Source: Alphaproteobacteria bacterium
GTDB lineage: Bacteria > Pseudomonadota > Alphaproteobacteria > UBA6615
DNA: 64,000 bases
Assembly: GCA_965261975.1 (NCBI GenBank)
Contig: CBDHEC010000003.1
Coordinates: 32,001 to 96,000, forward strand
Direction: 5' to 3'
Part shown: piece after piece, positions 48,743 through 59,213 of the stretch
Numbering within the stretch: position 1 is the first letter of the stretch
How the letters are laid out: every line of letters begins with the position of its first letter
Program-made: the position numbers and the translations under genes
The notes under the pieces: model-generated
The model's database searches: none
What the model saw: only the letters and a program-made list of their open reading frames with translations
What the model was told of the DNA's origin: nothing

Positions 48743-49630
48743 TCAGATCGCAGCGTACCACTCGGCAAGCCCCTGGCCGATATCGTCGGGTGAGTCTTCC
48801 TGGGGATGATGCAAGCCGCGGACCTTGATGCGCGACTGGTTGGTCCAGCTGTTGATGATGTCGAGATCGCGATCGACGATGATCTGTCCCGGGTCGGCCT
48901 CGATGAACAGCTTCGGACAATCGATCGTGCCGACCCAGCCGGACAGGCGCTCCGACAGCTCGGCGACATATTCAGGCTTCCCGCCGATGGGAATCTGCCG
49001 CACCCAGGCCAGTGTGGGACGTCGCGCTTCGCCGGGTTCCTCATAGGGCCGGCGGATTTCGGCCATTGTCTCCGCATCGACCTCGCGGATCACCCCGCCG
49101 GTGAAGACATTCTCGACGAAGAAATTATCCTCGAGAACCAGCGCCTCGCCCTCCGGTCCCTGGGCGCGTTTCACCCGTTCCCCGTGGCCGTCGGCATAGG
49201 AATCATAGCTCGCATGGTTGGCGACGACGATTTCGCAATGGGCAAGACCCTTGATCGCATCCGGGTGGCGTTGGGCCCAGGACAGCCCCAGGGTGCCGCC
49301 CCAGTCGTGCATGACCAGGGTGACATGCTCTTCGATTCCAAGCGCAGCGAAGGCCCCGTCGATATAGGTCTGGTGTTCCGGGATCAGGTAACTGTCCGGC
49401 CCGCTGTCAGGCAGCTTGTCGGAATCCCCCTGCCCGATATTGTCGATGGCGATCAGGCGCCCCATCCCCTCGAGATGGGGCATGATGTTGCGCCACATGT
49501 AGGAGGAGTTGGCATTGCCGTGCATGAAGACAATCGGATCGCCCTGGCCTTCATCCACATAGGCCATACGCAGGCCATTCACCTCGATGTACTTCTTCCG
49601 ATACGGCATCCGCGCGCTGATCTCGGACAT
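48743..49630 (-). CDS. Haloalkane dehalogenase (LinB/DhaA-like), copy 1, 295 aa
   Basis: HGNANSSYMWRNIMP, MHDWGG, DNFFVE, RRPTLAWVRQIP, PKLFI, LHHPQEDSP. Confidence 0.88.
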   Translation of the reverse strand: MSEISARMPYRKKYIEVNGLRMAYVDEGQGDPIVFMHGNANSSYMWRNIMPHLEGMGRLIAIDNIGQGDSDKLPDSGPDSYLIPEHQTYIDGAFAALGIEEHVTLVMHDWGGTLGLSWAQRHPDAIKGLAHCEIVVANHASYDSYADGHGERVKRAQGPEGEALVLEDNFFVENVFTGGVIREVDAETMAEIRRPYEEPGEARRPTLAWVRQIPIGGKPEYVAELSERLSGWVGTIDCPKLFIEADPGQIIVDRDLDIINSWTNQSRIKVRGLHHPQEDSPDDIGQGLAEWYAAI

Positions 49631-49776
49631 GTTCCCTCTCGATAGGTGTCTCGCTAGGCGGAGAATATGGCCGCAAGCGGGCCCAGGTCCATGCGCGGCT
49701 GCCATGCGCGGAATTGGACGCTCGACAACCACATGGTCATGCTAGCTTGCCGCGCGCACAATCAGGACGGATCATC

Positions 49777-50190
49777 ATGACCGAACACATCCATCACACC
49801 CACCTGTTCTGCGAGAATATCGACGAGACCATCGCCTGGTGGTGCGACATGCTCGGTGCCGAGGTCGCTTTCGACGGTGAATTCGGTGGGGCGCGAAACG
49901 TGTTCGTCCGGCTCGGGTCGGGACGCATTCACCTCTACGAGCAACCGCCACGCGACACGGGCAAGGGTGCCGTGCATCACATCGGCATCCGCACCGACGA
50001 TCTCGAAAGCCTCGAGGCACGGCTGCGGGCCAACGGCATCGCGTTCCGCAGCGATATCCGCGACTTCGGCGCCTGGAAATACATCATGTGTCCGGCCCCC
50101 GACGGGGTGCTCCTCGAACTGTTTCAGGCCGACCCCGACAAGCTCGACGGGGACGCCGCCAAATATTTCAGCGACTGGCTCGAAGACTGA
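49777..50190 (+). CDS. VOC (glyoxalase) family protein
   Basis: IHHTHL, VHHIGI, PDGVLLEL. Confidence 0.85.
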   Translation: MTEHIHHTHLFCENIDETIAWWCDMLGAEVAFDGEFGGARNVFVRLGSGRIHLYEQPPRDTGKGAVHHIGIRTDDLESLEARLRANGIAFRSDIRDFGAWKYIMCPAPDGVLLELFQADPDKLDGDAAKYFSDWLED

Positions 50191-50198
50191 CCGCACAC

Positions 50199-51398
50199 AT
50201 GTCAGCCCCCTCACCCGACGAACGCATACCGCCGATATTCTTTCTTGGTTTTCTCGCCGCGATCGGCCCGCTGGCCCTGAGCATCCATGTTCAGTCGATC
50301 CCCGCGATCTCTGCGGCGTTCGGCACTCCATATGCCCAATCGCAACTCACCGTTTCCGCGTTCCTGCTCAGTTTTGCGACCTCGCAGCTGATCGTCGGAC
50401 CACTATCGGATCGTTTCGGCCGCAAGCCGGTTCTGTATGGCGGTTTGTTGTTGTTCGGCCTGGCCAGCGCGGGGGCCGCCATGGCGAACAGCATTGAATT
50501 GCTGATTTTCGCACGGGTGCTCCAGGGCGCGGGCGGCTGTGCCACCCTGGTCGTGCCCCGGGCCGTGGTCCAGGACACCCATCGCGGGGTAGAGGCCGCA
50601 CGGGTCATGGCGTTCGTTGCCATGCTGCAGTCGACCGCGCCGTCGATCGCACCTGTGTTGGGTGGCGGCATTGACGCCCTGATAGACTGGCGCGGGATCT
50701 TCTGGTTCCTGACCATCTTGTCCGCACTGGCCGCGCTCGGCGCGAGCTTCTGGCTACGCGAAACCCGCCCCCTCACGGGCGGCCATCCGGACCGGTGGGG
50801 CACCATATTCCTGCGCTATGCGCATTTGTTCCGGTCGCGCCTGTATATCGGCTACACGATCGCCTTCACCTTCGGCACTTCGGGGTTCTTCGGCTTTCTC
50901 GCCGTCGGCCCGGCATTGCTGATCGAAACGCGCGGGCTCGACCCGATCTGGTTCAGCGTCTGCCTGACCCTGGTCACCACCCAGTTCGTACTCGGCAACT
51001 ACACGGCCAGCCGCCTGGTGCGCCGCTTCGGCATCGACCGGGTGCTTGTCGCCGGCGTAATCGGCGAACTCGTCGCCAGCTTCATGCTTTTCGGTCTCGC
51101 GGGAAACGCAGCGATTGCGGCGGTCGTGGCACCGGTCATGCTCTATTCCTATTTCAACGGCTACATCTTCGCCAACGGGATCGCCGGCGCAACGGGCGTC
51201 GATCCCCGCGTTGCGGGCTCCGCCTCGTCATTTCTGGGGTTCGCCCAGCTTGGCACCGGCGCCGTCATCGCCTTCGTGATGACCCGCCTGCCGTTGGACA
51301 CGATCATTCCGTATGCGATCGCATTGCTGCTTGTAAGTGCGCTGGCCGGCGCGGGCATGCTGTTGGTCCGTACAGTCGAACGGCCCGGCGGGCCATAA
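50199..51398 (+). CDS. Bcr/CflA family MFS efflux transporter
   Basis: QLIVGPLSDRFGRKPVL, RVLQGAGG, APVLGG, WRGIF, LRET. Confidence 0.9.
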   Translation: MSAPSPDERIPPIFFLGFLAAIGPLALSIHVQSIPAISAAFGTPYAQSQLTVSAFLLSFATSQLIVGPLSDRFGRKPVLYGGLLLFGLASAGAAMANSIELLIFARVLQGAGGCATLVVPRAVVQDTHRGVEAARVMAFVAMLQSTAPSIAPVLGGGIDALIDWRGIFWFLTILSALAALGASFWLRETRPLTGGHPDRWGTIFLRYAHLFRSRLYIGYTIAFTFGTSGFFGFLAVGPALLIETRGLDPIWFSVCLTLVTTQFVLGNYTASRLVRRFGIDRVLVAGVIGELVASFMLFGLAGNAAIAAVVAPVMLYSYFNGYIFANGIAGATGVDPRVAGSASSFLGFAQLGTGAVIAFVMTRLPLDTIIPYAIALLLVSALAGAGMLLVRTVERPGGP

Positions 51399-51405
51399 AC
51401 GAACA

Positions 51406-51432
51406 AGGCCCGCAACAACGCGTTGCGGGCCT
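51406..51432 (-). terminator. Intrinsic terminator between the convergent bcr and glcB genes
   Basis: 11-bp stem AGGCCCGCAAC/GTTGCGGGCCT followed on the minus strand by TGTTCGTTTAT. Confidence 0.65.
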
Positions 51433-51469
51433 CCTGATCATGGTCTGCGGCCGGGGCCGCATGACGCGC

Positions 51470-53644
51470 CTAGCTGCCGAACTTGGCCTTCGCCTCGATG
51501 CGGCGGGCATGCAGAATGGGCTCGGTATAGCCGTTCGGCTGGGCCAGGCCCTTGAACACCAGGTCACAGGCCGCCTGGAAGGCGATCGATCCGTCGAAAT
51601 CGGCCGCCATCGGTCGATACAGCGGATCACCGGCATTCTGCTCGTCGACCACGCCGGCCATGCGCTTCATGGTCTCCATGACCTGATCTTCCGAGGCGAT
51701 GCCGTGATGCATCCAGTTGGCGATATGCTGACTTGAGATTCGCAGGGTGGCGCGGTCTTCCATCAGTCCCACATCGTTGATGTCGGGCACCTTGGAGCAG
51801 CCCACGCCCTGATCGATCCAGCGCACGACGTAGCCCAGGATGCCCTGGGCGTTGTTGTCGAGCTCGGCCTGGATATCGGCCTCGGGCCAGTTGGGGCGGT
51901 CGGTGACCGGGATGGTCAGGATGTTGTCGAGGCTCGCCCGGCCGCGGGACTTGAGCTCCGCCTGGCGGGCGCTCACATCGACCTCGTGATAATGGAGCGC
52001 GTGCAGGGTGCCGGCCGTCGGCGACGGTACCCAGGCTGTGTTCGCGCCGGCGGTCGGGTGGCCGACCTTCTGTTCCATCATCAGCGCCATCAGGTCCGGC
52101 ATAGCCCACATGCCCTTGCCGATCTGGGCGTGGCCCGGCAGGCCGCATTCGAGGCCGATATCGACGTTCCAGTCCTCGTAGGACTGGATCCACGGGGCGG
52201 CCTTCATGTCGCCCTTGCGGATCATCACGCCGGCCTCCATCGAGGTGTGCATCTCGTCGCCGGTCCGATCCAGGAACCCGGTGTTGATGAAGAACACGCG
52301 GTTCTTCGCCGCCCGGATGCATTCCTTGAGGTTCACCGTGGTGCGGCGCTCCTCATCCATGATCCCCATCTTGATGGTGTAGCGCTCGAGGCCGAGCGCA
52401 TCCTCGACCTGGCCGAACAGCTCGTCGGAGAAGGCGACCTCTTCGGGCCCGTGCATCTTCGGCTTCACGATGTAGATCGATCCCGCACGGCTGTTGGCGT
52501 GGACGCCCTTGCCCTGCAGGTCGTGCATCGCGATCAGCGCAGAGAAGATGCCGTCGAGAATACCCTCATAGGCCGGGTTGCCGTCCTTGTCGGTCACCAT
52601 GCCGATGGTCATCAGGTGGCCGACGTTGCGGACCAGCATCAGCGAACGCCCGTGCAGGGTAAGCTCGCTGCCGTCCGGGGCCGAGTAGGTCCGGTCCCCT
52701 TCCATGGCGCGCTCGACGGTCTTGCCTCCCTTTTCGAACGACGCCGTCAGGGTACCCTTGTTGAGGCCGAGCCAGTTCGAATAGGCGACGACCTTGTCCT
52801 CGGCATCGACGGTGGCCACGGAATCCTCGTAATCCATGATCGTGGTCATGGCGGCTTCGAGCACCAGATCGGCCACACCCGCGGCATCGTCCTTGCCGAT
52901 GGGATGGTCGCGGTCGATCACGATCTCCAGGTGCAGGCCGTTATGGGCGAGCAGAATGGCACTGGGTGCGCCGGCATCGCCGCGATAGCCGACAAACTGT
53001 GCCGGATCGGCCAGCCCGGTCGAACCCGATCCTGTGGCGACGGCCAGCGCGCCGCCCTCGACGGTGTAACCGGTTGCATCGGTGTGAGAGCCCGAGGCGA
53101 GCGGTGCCGCGGAATCAAGAACGTCGCGGGCGTAAGCGATGACCTTGGCGCCGCGGGTCGGGTTGTAACCCTTGCCGAGCTCGGCCCCGCCATCCTCGGA
53201 AATCACATCCGTGCCGTAGAGCGCATCATACAGGCTGCCCCAGCGGGCATTTGCCGCGTTCAGCGCGTAGCGGGCGTTGGTGATCGGCACCACCAGCTGG
53301 GCGCCGGCGATCGTCGCAATCTCCGGGTCCACATTTGCGGTCTCGACCCCGAACGCGTCACCCTCGGGCACCAGATAGCCGATCTCCTTCAGGAAGGCCT
53401 GATAGGCGGCAGGGTCGAACTCGGAATCGCGATTATCCTTGTGCCAGGCGTCCAGCTTTGCCTGCAGATCATCGCGCTTGGCGAGGAGTTCGGCATTGCG
53501 CGGCCCCAACCCGTTCACCAGGGAATCAACCGAAGCCCAGAAATGATCCTGATCAACGCCCGTTCCCGGCAAGGCCTCGTCGTTGATGAAGTTGTAGAGT
53601 TCCGCGGCAACCTTGATGTCGCCCGTCTGGATCATGTCGCTCAT
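51470..53644 (-). CDS. glcB: Malate synthase G
   Basis: [60 protein letters not shown]. Confidence 0.97.
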   Translation of the reverse strand: MSDMIQTGDIKVAAELYNFINDEALPGTGVDQDHFWASVDSLVNGLGPRNAELLAKRDDLQAKLDAWHKDNRDSEFDPAAYQAFLKEIGYLVPEGDAFGVETANVDPEIATIAGAQLVVPITNARYALNAANARWGSLYDALYGTDVISEDGGAELGKGYNPTRGAKVIAYARDVLDSAAPLASGSHTDATGYTVEGGALAVATGSGSTGLADPAQFVGYRGDAGAPSAILLAHNGLHLEIVIDRDHPIGKDDAAGVADLVLEAAMTTIMDYEDSVATVDAEDKVVAYSNWLGLNKGTLTASFEKGGKTVERAMEGDRTYSAPDGSELTLHGRSLMLVRNVGHLMTIGMVTDKDGNPAYEGILDGIFSALIAMHDLQGKGVHANSRAGSIYIVKPKMHGPEEVAFSDELFGQVEDALGLERYTIKMGIMDEERRTTVNLKECIRAAKNRVFFINTGFLDRTGDEMHTSMEAGVMIRKGDMKAAPWIQSYEDWNVDIGLECGLPGHAQIGKGMWAMPDLMALMMEQKVGHPTAGANTAWVPSPTAGTLHALHYHEVDVSARQAELKSRGRASLDNILTIPVTDRPNWPEADIQAELDNNAQGILGYVVRWIDQGVGCSKVPDINDVGLMEDRATLRISSQHIANWMHHGIASEDQVMETMKRMAGVVDEQNAGDPLYRPMAADFDGSIAFQAACDLVFKGLAQPNGYTEPILHARRIEAKAKFGS

Positions 53645-53838
53645 GATTCTCGCCCCTGTGAGGTATCTTTTGTTGAATGTGCTGATTGTCCGCCCCCGAA
53701 AGGGACGATGCATCTGATACGCCCTAAATAGCACGAAACAGGGGTACGGATTCGAGTCCCGATCGCGTTCATTCGCTATATTGTCTTTCAAACGGTGCAC
53801 GAAAATGCGCCGCGCCGACAGCTATCAAGGAAAGAAGC

Positions 53839-54255
53839 ATGATTACCAAGGGCATCAAGGAACTCTGCGCCGAGGCCGAGCAGGAGATCGAGACCATGAC
53901 CGTCGAGCAGGTGATGGCCGTTCGGGATGACGAGGATGTGGTCCTTGTCGATATCCGCGATGTTCGCGAACTCTGGCGTGACGGCACGATTCCCGGCGCC
54001 GAACATATGCCCCGCGGCATGCTCGAATTCTGGGTCGACCCGGAAAGCCCCTACCATCGCGAACTCTTCACCACAGGCAAGAAGTTCATCTTCTACTGCG
54101 CGGGCGGGCTGCGCTCCGCGCTGGCGGCGAAGGCCGTGCATGATATGGGCCTCGCGCCCGTCGCCCATATGCGCGGCGGCTACGGCGCCTGGGTCAAGGC
54201 GGAAGGCCCGACCGAAGAAAAAGAGGTCAAGATTCCCCAGAAGAAGGCCGACTAG
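53839..54255 (+). CDS. Rhodanese-like domain protein
   Basis: VDIRDVREL, PRGMLEFW, YCAGGLRSALA, GGYGAW. Confidence 0.9.
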   Translation: MITKGIKELCAEAEQEIETMTVEQVMAVRDDEDVVLVDIRDVRELWRDGTIPGAEHMPRGMLEFWVDPESPYHRELFTTGKKFIFYCAGGLRSALAAKAVHDMGLAPVAHMRGGYGAWVKAEGPTEEKEVKIPQKKAD

Positions 54256-55013
54256 GCTTTCGCATTCTCTCGCAACTCGGGATACACATCGCCCAACCGG
54301 GACCCCGGATAGAACGCCGTCACGAATGACGGGCGGGCGCGAACACGCGCCAGCCAGTCGGTGACGGCGGGGGCATCCTCCCACATATCCGACAGGCTCA
54401 GTTCGTCCATCCGCTCGAACAAAGGTGCCAGGCAGATATCTGCGATCGTGAATTGCGCACCGATCAGCCACGGGCCCTCGCGGGTCAGGGCTTCTTCCAT
54501 GCGCTCGACCGTCGCGCGCAGCTGCAGCAAGGAGTTCTCATACTCGTCATCGCTGAAGCCGGTTTGGTTCATGCGCATGAAGAAATCGCGGCGCAATGTA
54601 TTTGAATCCCTGAACGCCGCATATTCTTCCTCGCTCATCTCCTTGAACCGGTCGAGGAATACGTTCTGGAAGGACGGCACCCGCACGGCCATCGACGGCA
54701 CCTCGTCGATGAAACGCAGCCAGGCACGCATCTCGGCACGTTTCTTGGGGTCATCCGGAGATAGTTTCGGCTCATTCGGCCAAACCTCATCCAGATACTC
54801 ACACATCACCGTGGACTCGATGATCGGCGTGCCGTCATGCACGAAAGCGGGCACCACGCCATTGGGGTTGATGGCCATGTATTCCGGCGCCAGGTTCCCG
54901 CGGGTTGAGAAATCAACCGGGCGGCTGACCCATTCGACACCCTTCTCGGCCAGACAGATACGCACCTTCTGGCTGCAGGTCGAATGGGCCGCGTGATAGA
55001 GCTCAAGCGCCAT
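54252..55013 (-). CDS. Glutathione S-transferase family protein (Cys-type)
   Basis: STCSQKVR, INPNGVVP, ESTVMCEYLD, TIADI. Confidence 0.9.
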   Translation of the reverse strand: MALELYHAAHSTCSQKVRICLAEKGVEWVSRPVDFSTRGNLAPEYMAINPNGVVPAFVHDGTPIIESTVMCEYLDEVWPNEPKLSPDDPKKRAEMRAWLRFIDEVPSMAVRVPSFQNVFLDRFKEMSEEEYAAFRDSNTLRRDFFMRMNQTGFSDDEYENSLLQLRATVERMEEALTREGPWLIGAQFTIADICLAPLFERMDELSLSDMWEDAPAVTDWLARVRARPSFVTAFYPGSRLGDVYPELRENAKA

Positions 55014-55024
55014 GGTTGCGGTTC

Positions 55025-56056
55025 CTATTCAGCGGCTTTGGCCGACGCATCATCGTCGGCGAAGGCCGGGATAATCTCCTTCGAGAAGGTACGCAGACCC
55101 TCGATGCCAGAGCCGCCGTCGGAGAAGAGCATGTATTTAACGCCGGCCTCCTGGAACTTCTCAATCTTCGCCACGATCTCGTCGACCGTCCCAAAGAACG
55201 CGGCTTCCGCCGTCGTCTGGTTACTGTCGTCGTAAGACATGATCGTCGCCTTGTTGGTGCCGTCGGGATTCTGGGCGAGGTTGTCGACCCTGCGTCGCGC
55301 CTGAATTCGGCGCTCGATCGCGGCATCGCGGTCTGCCGCATCCTTGGCAACATAAAGTCCGCGCGCGACCCCGACTTCGTTCGCATCGAACGTGCGACCA
55401 CGCGCCTCAACCGCATCGCGGAAATTATTGACCCGCTCGACCGTCGTGTCGGTGGATGCAAACTGGTCGACCAGTAAATTGTAGCCACGCTCCGCGACCA
55501 TCTCGATCGACTTGGGACTCCCGGCCCCCATCCAGAACGGCGGATGCGGCTTCTGCGCCGTCGGCGGCTCGACGATGACATCCTCGAAGGACCAGAAATC
55601 ACCCTCATAGGTCCAGGGCTCGTCCTCGGTGAAGGATTTCGTGAGTATCTTGAGTGATTCCTCGAAACGCGCCTCGGCATCCTCCATGGGGATCCGGAAA
55701 CCCTTGAACTCGTTGAAGCGGTACCCCTTGCCGACACCGAAATCGAAACGCCCGCCGGACAGAAGATCCAGCGTCGCGACCTGCTCGGCGAGCAATACCG
55801 GGTTGTGCCACGGCAGCACCATGACGGCGGTCCCAAGGCGGATCGTCGATGTGCGGGCCGCCAGATAGGTCAGCAGATTGACGGTCGCCGAGACCTGCCC
55901 GAAGCCGGTGAAGTGATGCTCCACGGCGAAGGTTGAGTGAAAGCCAAGCTGCTCGGCCTCGACATTGAAATCGAGCCAATCGTTGTACCCCTTGGCGCTG
56001 TCCACATCGGGCCCGCCGCGTTTCGCCTGGGCGCTGCCAAAAAGACCGAACTTCAT
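55025..56056 (-). CDS. LLM-class (luciferase-like) flavin-dependent oxidoreductase
   Basis: VEHHF, LAARTSTIRLGTAV, LAEQVATLDLLSGGRFDFGVGKG, QKPHPP. Confidence 0.93.
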   Translation of the reverse strand: MKFGLFGSAQAKRGGPDVDSAKGYNDWLDFNVEAEQLGFHSTFAVEHHFTGFGQVSATVNLLTYLAARTSTIRLGTAVMVLPWHNPVLLAEQVATLDLLSGGRFDFGVGKGYRFNEFKGFRIPMEDAEARFEESLKILTKSFTEDEPWTYEGDFWSFEDVIVEPPTAQKPHPPFWMGAGSPKSIEMVAERGYNLLVDQFASTDTTVERVNNFRDAVEARGRTFDANEVGVARGLYVAKDAADRDAAIERRIQARRRVDNLAQNPDGTNKATIMSYDDSNQTTAEAAFFGTVDEIVAKIEKFQEAGVKYMLFSDGGSGIEGLRTFSKEIIPAFADDDASAKAAE

Positions 56057-56210
56057 ACCGTTTCTCCGTTTATTCGCATGCTAACTAGCATGCCGAAATT
56101 CATACTAAACTGGTGAAAGGCCGCCGTCTCAAGGTATGAGCGAATTGACGGCCCAAAGAACTGTCACGCCGAACGCGCGCGAAGATAAGAAAAATACCCG
56201 GGGGAAAATT

Positions 56211-57167
56211 ATGTTGAACGTTGCGTTGGTCGGGCTCGGTTGGTGGGGGCAAACCCATATTCGCGCGCTTGGAAATAGTGAGAAGGTTCGTATTGATACG
56301 GTCGTGGACCTGGATTCGGATCTCTCGAAAAAGACAGCAGCGGAAATCGGTGCGCGTACCGCGCCCAGCTTCGACGCCGTTCTGACCGACGACGCCATCG
56401 ACGCGGTGATTCTGGTGACACCCCATTCACTGCACACCGACCAGATTGTTGCCGGAGCTGCAGCGGGAAAACACATCTTCACCGAGAAACCCTTCGCGCT
56501 GTCGAAGTCCGAGGCGGAACGCGCGGTCTCGGCCGCCGAGGCCGCAGGCATCATGCTCGGACTGGGCCACAACCAGCGCTACGGCGCGCCCCAGACCGTG
56601 ATCAAGTCCATGATAGACGCCGGTGAGTTGGGCGAGGTAATGCATATGGAGGGCAACACCTCCCATGACACCCTGTCGGGCGAACATGCGTGGCGCCATG
56701 ACGTGAAGCAGGCACCCGGCGGCGGCCTCTGGCACATGGGCAGCCATTATCTCGACCTGTTCCAGCACTATGCCGGGCCGATTTCAGAGGTCTATGCCCA
56801 GGCCCTCGACCGGATCATTCCCCGCGATACAGCGTCCGCCCTCCTCACCTTCGAATGCGGTGCATCGGCCTATATCGGCAATGTCATGGTCACGCGCGAC
56901 AACCGGATGGGCAACGTGCTCGGCTCCAAAGGGTGGGCAAAGATGACAAGCCCGACGAGCGTGCAAATCGCCATGCGCGGGGGTGATCCCAAGACCATGG
57001 AACTGGACCCTGTCGACCCCGTTCGCGCCAATGTGGAGGGGTTCGCAGACGCCATCGCCGGGACCGGCACCTACAAGTTCACCAACCAGCAGATGATCCA
57101 CGACGTGGCCGCGCTCGACGCGATGGCCCTGTCGATCAAATCGGGAAAACGTGAACCGGTCGCGTGA
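56211..57167 (+). CDS. Gfo/Idh/MocA family oxidoreductase
   Basis: VGLGWWG, VTPHSLH, GKHIFTEKP, HMGSHYLD. Confidence 0.92.
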   Translation: MLNVALVGLGWWGQTHIRALGNSEKVRIDTVVDLDSDLSKKTAAEIGARTAPSFDAVLTDDAIDAVILVTPHSLHTDQIVAGAAAGKHIFTEKPFALSKSEAERAVSAAEAAGIMLGLGHNQRYGAPQTVIKSMIDAGELGEVMHMEGNTSHDTLSGEHAWRHDVKQAPGGGLWHMGSHYLDLFQHYAGPISEVYAQALDRIIPRDTASALLTFECGASAYIGNVMVTRDNRMGNVLGSKGWAKMTSPTSVQIAMRGGDPKTMELDPVDPVRANVEGFADAIAGTGTYKFTNQQMIHDVAALDAMALSIKSGKREPVA

Positions 57168-57207
57168 AGGCGCTACGGTTCCAGAAGATAAACGTAAGGA
57201 AAGAAAC

Positions 57208-58203
57208 ATGATCAATGCAGCGATTGTCGGGCTGGGCTGGTGGGGCCAGAACCATGTCACCGCCGCCAATGGTTCCGACAAAATACGCTACAGCCGCGCC
57301 GTCGACCTGGTGCCCGAAAATGTCCAGGGGTTCTGCGATACCCATGAGCTGAAACTGACGGCCAACTACGAAGACGCGCTGAACGATCCCGACATCGATG
57401 CGGTCGTGCTCGTCACACCGCATACACAGCACACCGACCAGATCGTGGCCGGTGCGGCGGCCGGCAAGCATGTCCTTACCGAGAAACCGTTTGCGCTCGA
57501 GAAATCCGAAGGCGAGCGCGCCGCAAAGGCGATGAAGGACGCCGGGCTCACCCTGGGGATCGGCCACAACTACCGCTACGGACCCGCCGTGCAGGAGATC
57601 AAGCGGATCATTGATTCCGGTGATCTCGGCGAGATCCACCACATCGAGGCCAATCTCAGCCATCAGGGCCAGATCGGCATCGAGGGCTGGCGCCGCGCGA
57701 ACAAGGAGGCGCCGACCGGTGGGATCGTCCATTTCGGTGCGCATATGATCGACATCATGTGCTGGTATGGCGGCCCGATGCGCGAAGTCTACGGCCAGCT
57801 CACCTCCCACATCATGGAGAATGATTGCGGATCGGTACTGGTGAAGTTCGAGAACGGCATCACCACCGGCTATCTCGCGAACCTCATGACCACACCGTCG
57901 ACCATGCACCTGCATGTCATGGGCTCCAAGGGCTGGGCCCGGGCCAATGGCTGGATGGACACGACGAAGGTCACCACCTGTTTCGGGGCGGGTGCCGTCG
58001 AGGACGGTGGTGGCTCTGTAAACGAGATCGAACTGCCGGCGCGCGACATCATCACCCAGATTCGCGCCAACGACGAGAATTTCGCCGCCGCCTGTGAAGG
58101 CAAGGAGACGTACCTCTTCACCCCTGACGAGATGGCGCACACGGCCGCGATCCACGAAGCGATCGCGAAATCAGCGGCCAGCGGACAACCCACGCAAGTC
58201 TGA
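57208..58203 (+). CDS. Gfo/Idh/MocA family oxidoreductase (tandem paralog)
   Basis: VGLGWWG, VTPHTQH, GKHVLTEKP, HFGAHMID. Confidence 0.92.
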   Translation: MINAAIVGLGWWGQNHVTAANGSDKIRYSRAVDLVPENVQGFCDTHELKLTANYEDALNDPDIDAVVLVTPHTQHTDQIVAGAAAGKHVLTEKPFALEKSEGERAAKAMKDAGLTLGIGHNYRYGPAVQEIKRIIDSGDLGEIHHIEANLSHQGQIGIEGWRRANKEAPTGGIVHFGAHMIDIMCWYGGPMREVYGQLTSHIMENDCGSVLVKFENGITTGYLANLMTTPSTMHLHVMGSKGWARANGWMDTTKVTTCFGAGAVEDGGGSVNEIELPARDIITQIRANDENFAAACEGKETYLFTPDEMAHTAAIHEAIAKSAASGQPTQV

Positions 58204-58216
58204 GAGAACACACAGC

Positions 58217-59032
58217 ATGATCACGCTCTACCAGTTCGGCAATTCGGTTTGTGCCCAGAAGGTGCGGATCACCCTTTTCGAGAAAGGCCTCGAATGGGAG
58301 CCGCGGGAGGTCAATCTGTTCAAGAGCGAACAATATTCACCCGAATATCTGAAGCTGAACCCGAAGGGTGTGGTGCCGACCCTGATCCATGAAGGCCGCC
58401 CGATCTGTGAATCCACGCTGATTTGCGAATATCTCGACGAGGTGTACCCGGACCCGAAGCTCACACCCGATGATCCCTATGACAAAGCCCAGATGCGCAT
58501 CTGGTCCAAGATGGTCGACGAGGGGCTGCATGAGGGCACGACCGAGATCAGCTTCTCTGCGATGTTCCGGGAGAAAATGAAATCCCTGACGCCGGAGGAA
58601 CGCGAGAAGCGCCTGCACAATATCGGCGACCCCCGACGACGCATGCGGTTTACATCGACATATGAGGACGGGGTGGACTCACCCTTCGTCCTGCATGCCA
58701 TCGCGGCCTACGAGAAGGTGTTTAAAACTCTCGAGGAAACGTTGGGTGACGGTCGTGATTGGATTTTCGGCGATCGGCACACCCTGGCCGACATCAATAT
58801 CATGCCTTACGCCGCACGGATGATTTACCTGGGCCTGTTCGACGTCTGGAACGAAGACAGGCCCCGGGTGCAGGCCTGGTGGGAGCGCGCCAGCGCCCTG
58901 CCGAGTTTCCAGGACGGCATCCGCGACCGCCTGAAGCCCCAGGAATTGTCCGACATGGAGACCTACGGGCCGACCATCCGCGACCGGATGCGCGAGCTAC
59001 GCGCCGCGCACGTCGCCCAGCTGCTTCACTGA
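58217..59032 (+). CDS. Glutathione S-transferase family protein (Cys-type)
   Basis: SVCAQKVR, LNPKGVVP, ESTLICEYLD, TLADI. Confidence 0.9.
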   Translation: MITLYQFGNSVCAQKVRITLFEKGLEWEPREVNLFKSEQYSPEYLKLNPKGVVPTLIHEGRPICESTLICEYLDEVYPDPKLTPDDPYDKAQMRIWSKMVDEGLHEGTTEISFSAMFREKMKSLTPEEREKRLHNIGDPRRRMRFTSTYEDGVDSPFVLHAIAAYEKVFKTLEETLGDGRDWIFGDRHTLADINIMPYAARMIYLGLFDVWNEDRPRVQAWWERASALPSFQDGIRDRLKPQELSDMETYGPTIRDRMRELRAAHVAQLLH

Positions 59033-59085
59033 GGCCCGACACGCGGCCAGACCACCGTTCATCGTGTGCGGTATAACCTGGTCAT

Positions 59086-59107
59086 ATTTGTAGCTATGGC
59101 TACTTTT
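59086..59107 (+). promoter_or_regulatory. Putative MntR operator
   Basis: ATTT-GTAGC-TATG-GCTAC-TTTT palindrome resembling the proteobacterial MntR box (TAGC-N4-GCTA core), upstream of an Mn ABC operon that ends in mntR. Confidence 0.65.
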
Positions 59108-59213
59108 TAGAACCTTCCTTGAATATTTGACCGTCGGGTTATTCCTGCTTACGCTTCGGGCACGGGCGCCTTCAGGGGGCCGTCATTGCCTGGTTGAGAA
59201 CGAAAAGATTCGC

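Noticed and set aside
47833-49077. 414-aa version of the second dehalogenase
   Set aside because: The N-terminal extension is off-frame sequence from the upstream paralog. Alignment of the pair supports the start at 48720.
19080-53731. Long opposite-strand ORFs (e.g. 19080-20948, 32016-34064, 35266-36651, 45237-46892, 51986-53731)
   Set aside because: These are antisense shadows expected in high-GC coding DNA. They have no recognisable motifs and fully overlap confident genes.
59033-59213. Mn-sensing (yybP-ykoY) riboswitch upstream of troA
   Set aside because: I could not recognise the motif, and an MntR-like palindrome already explains the regulation.
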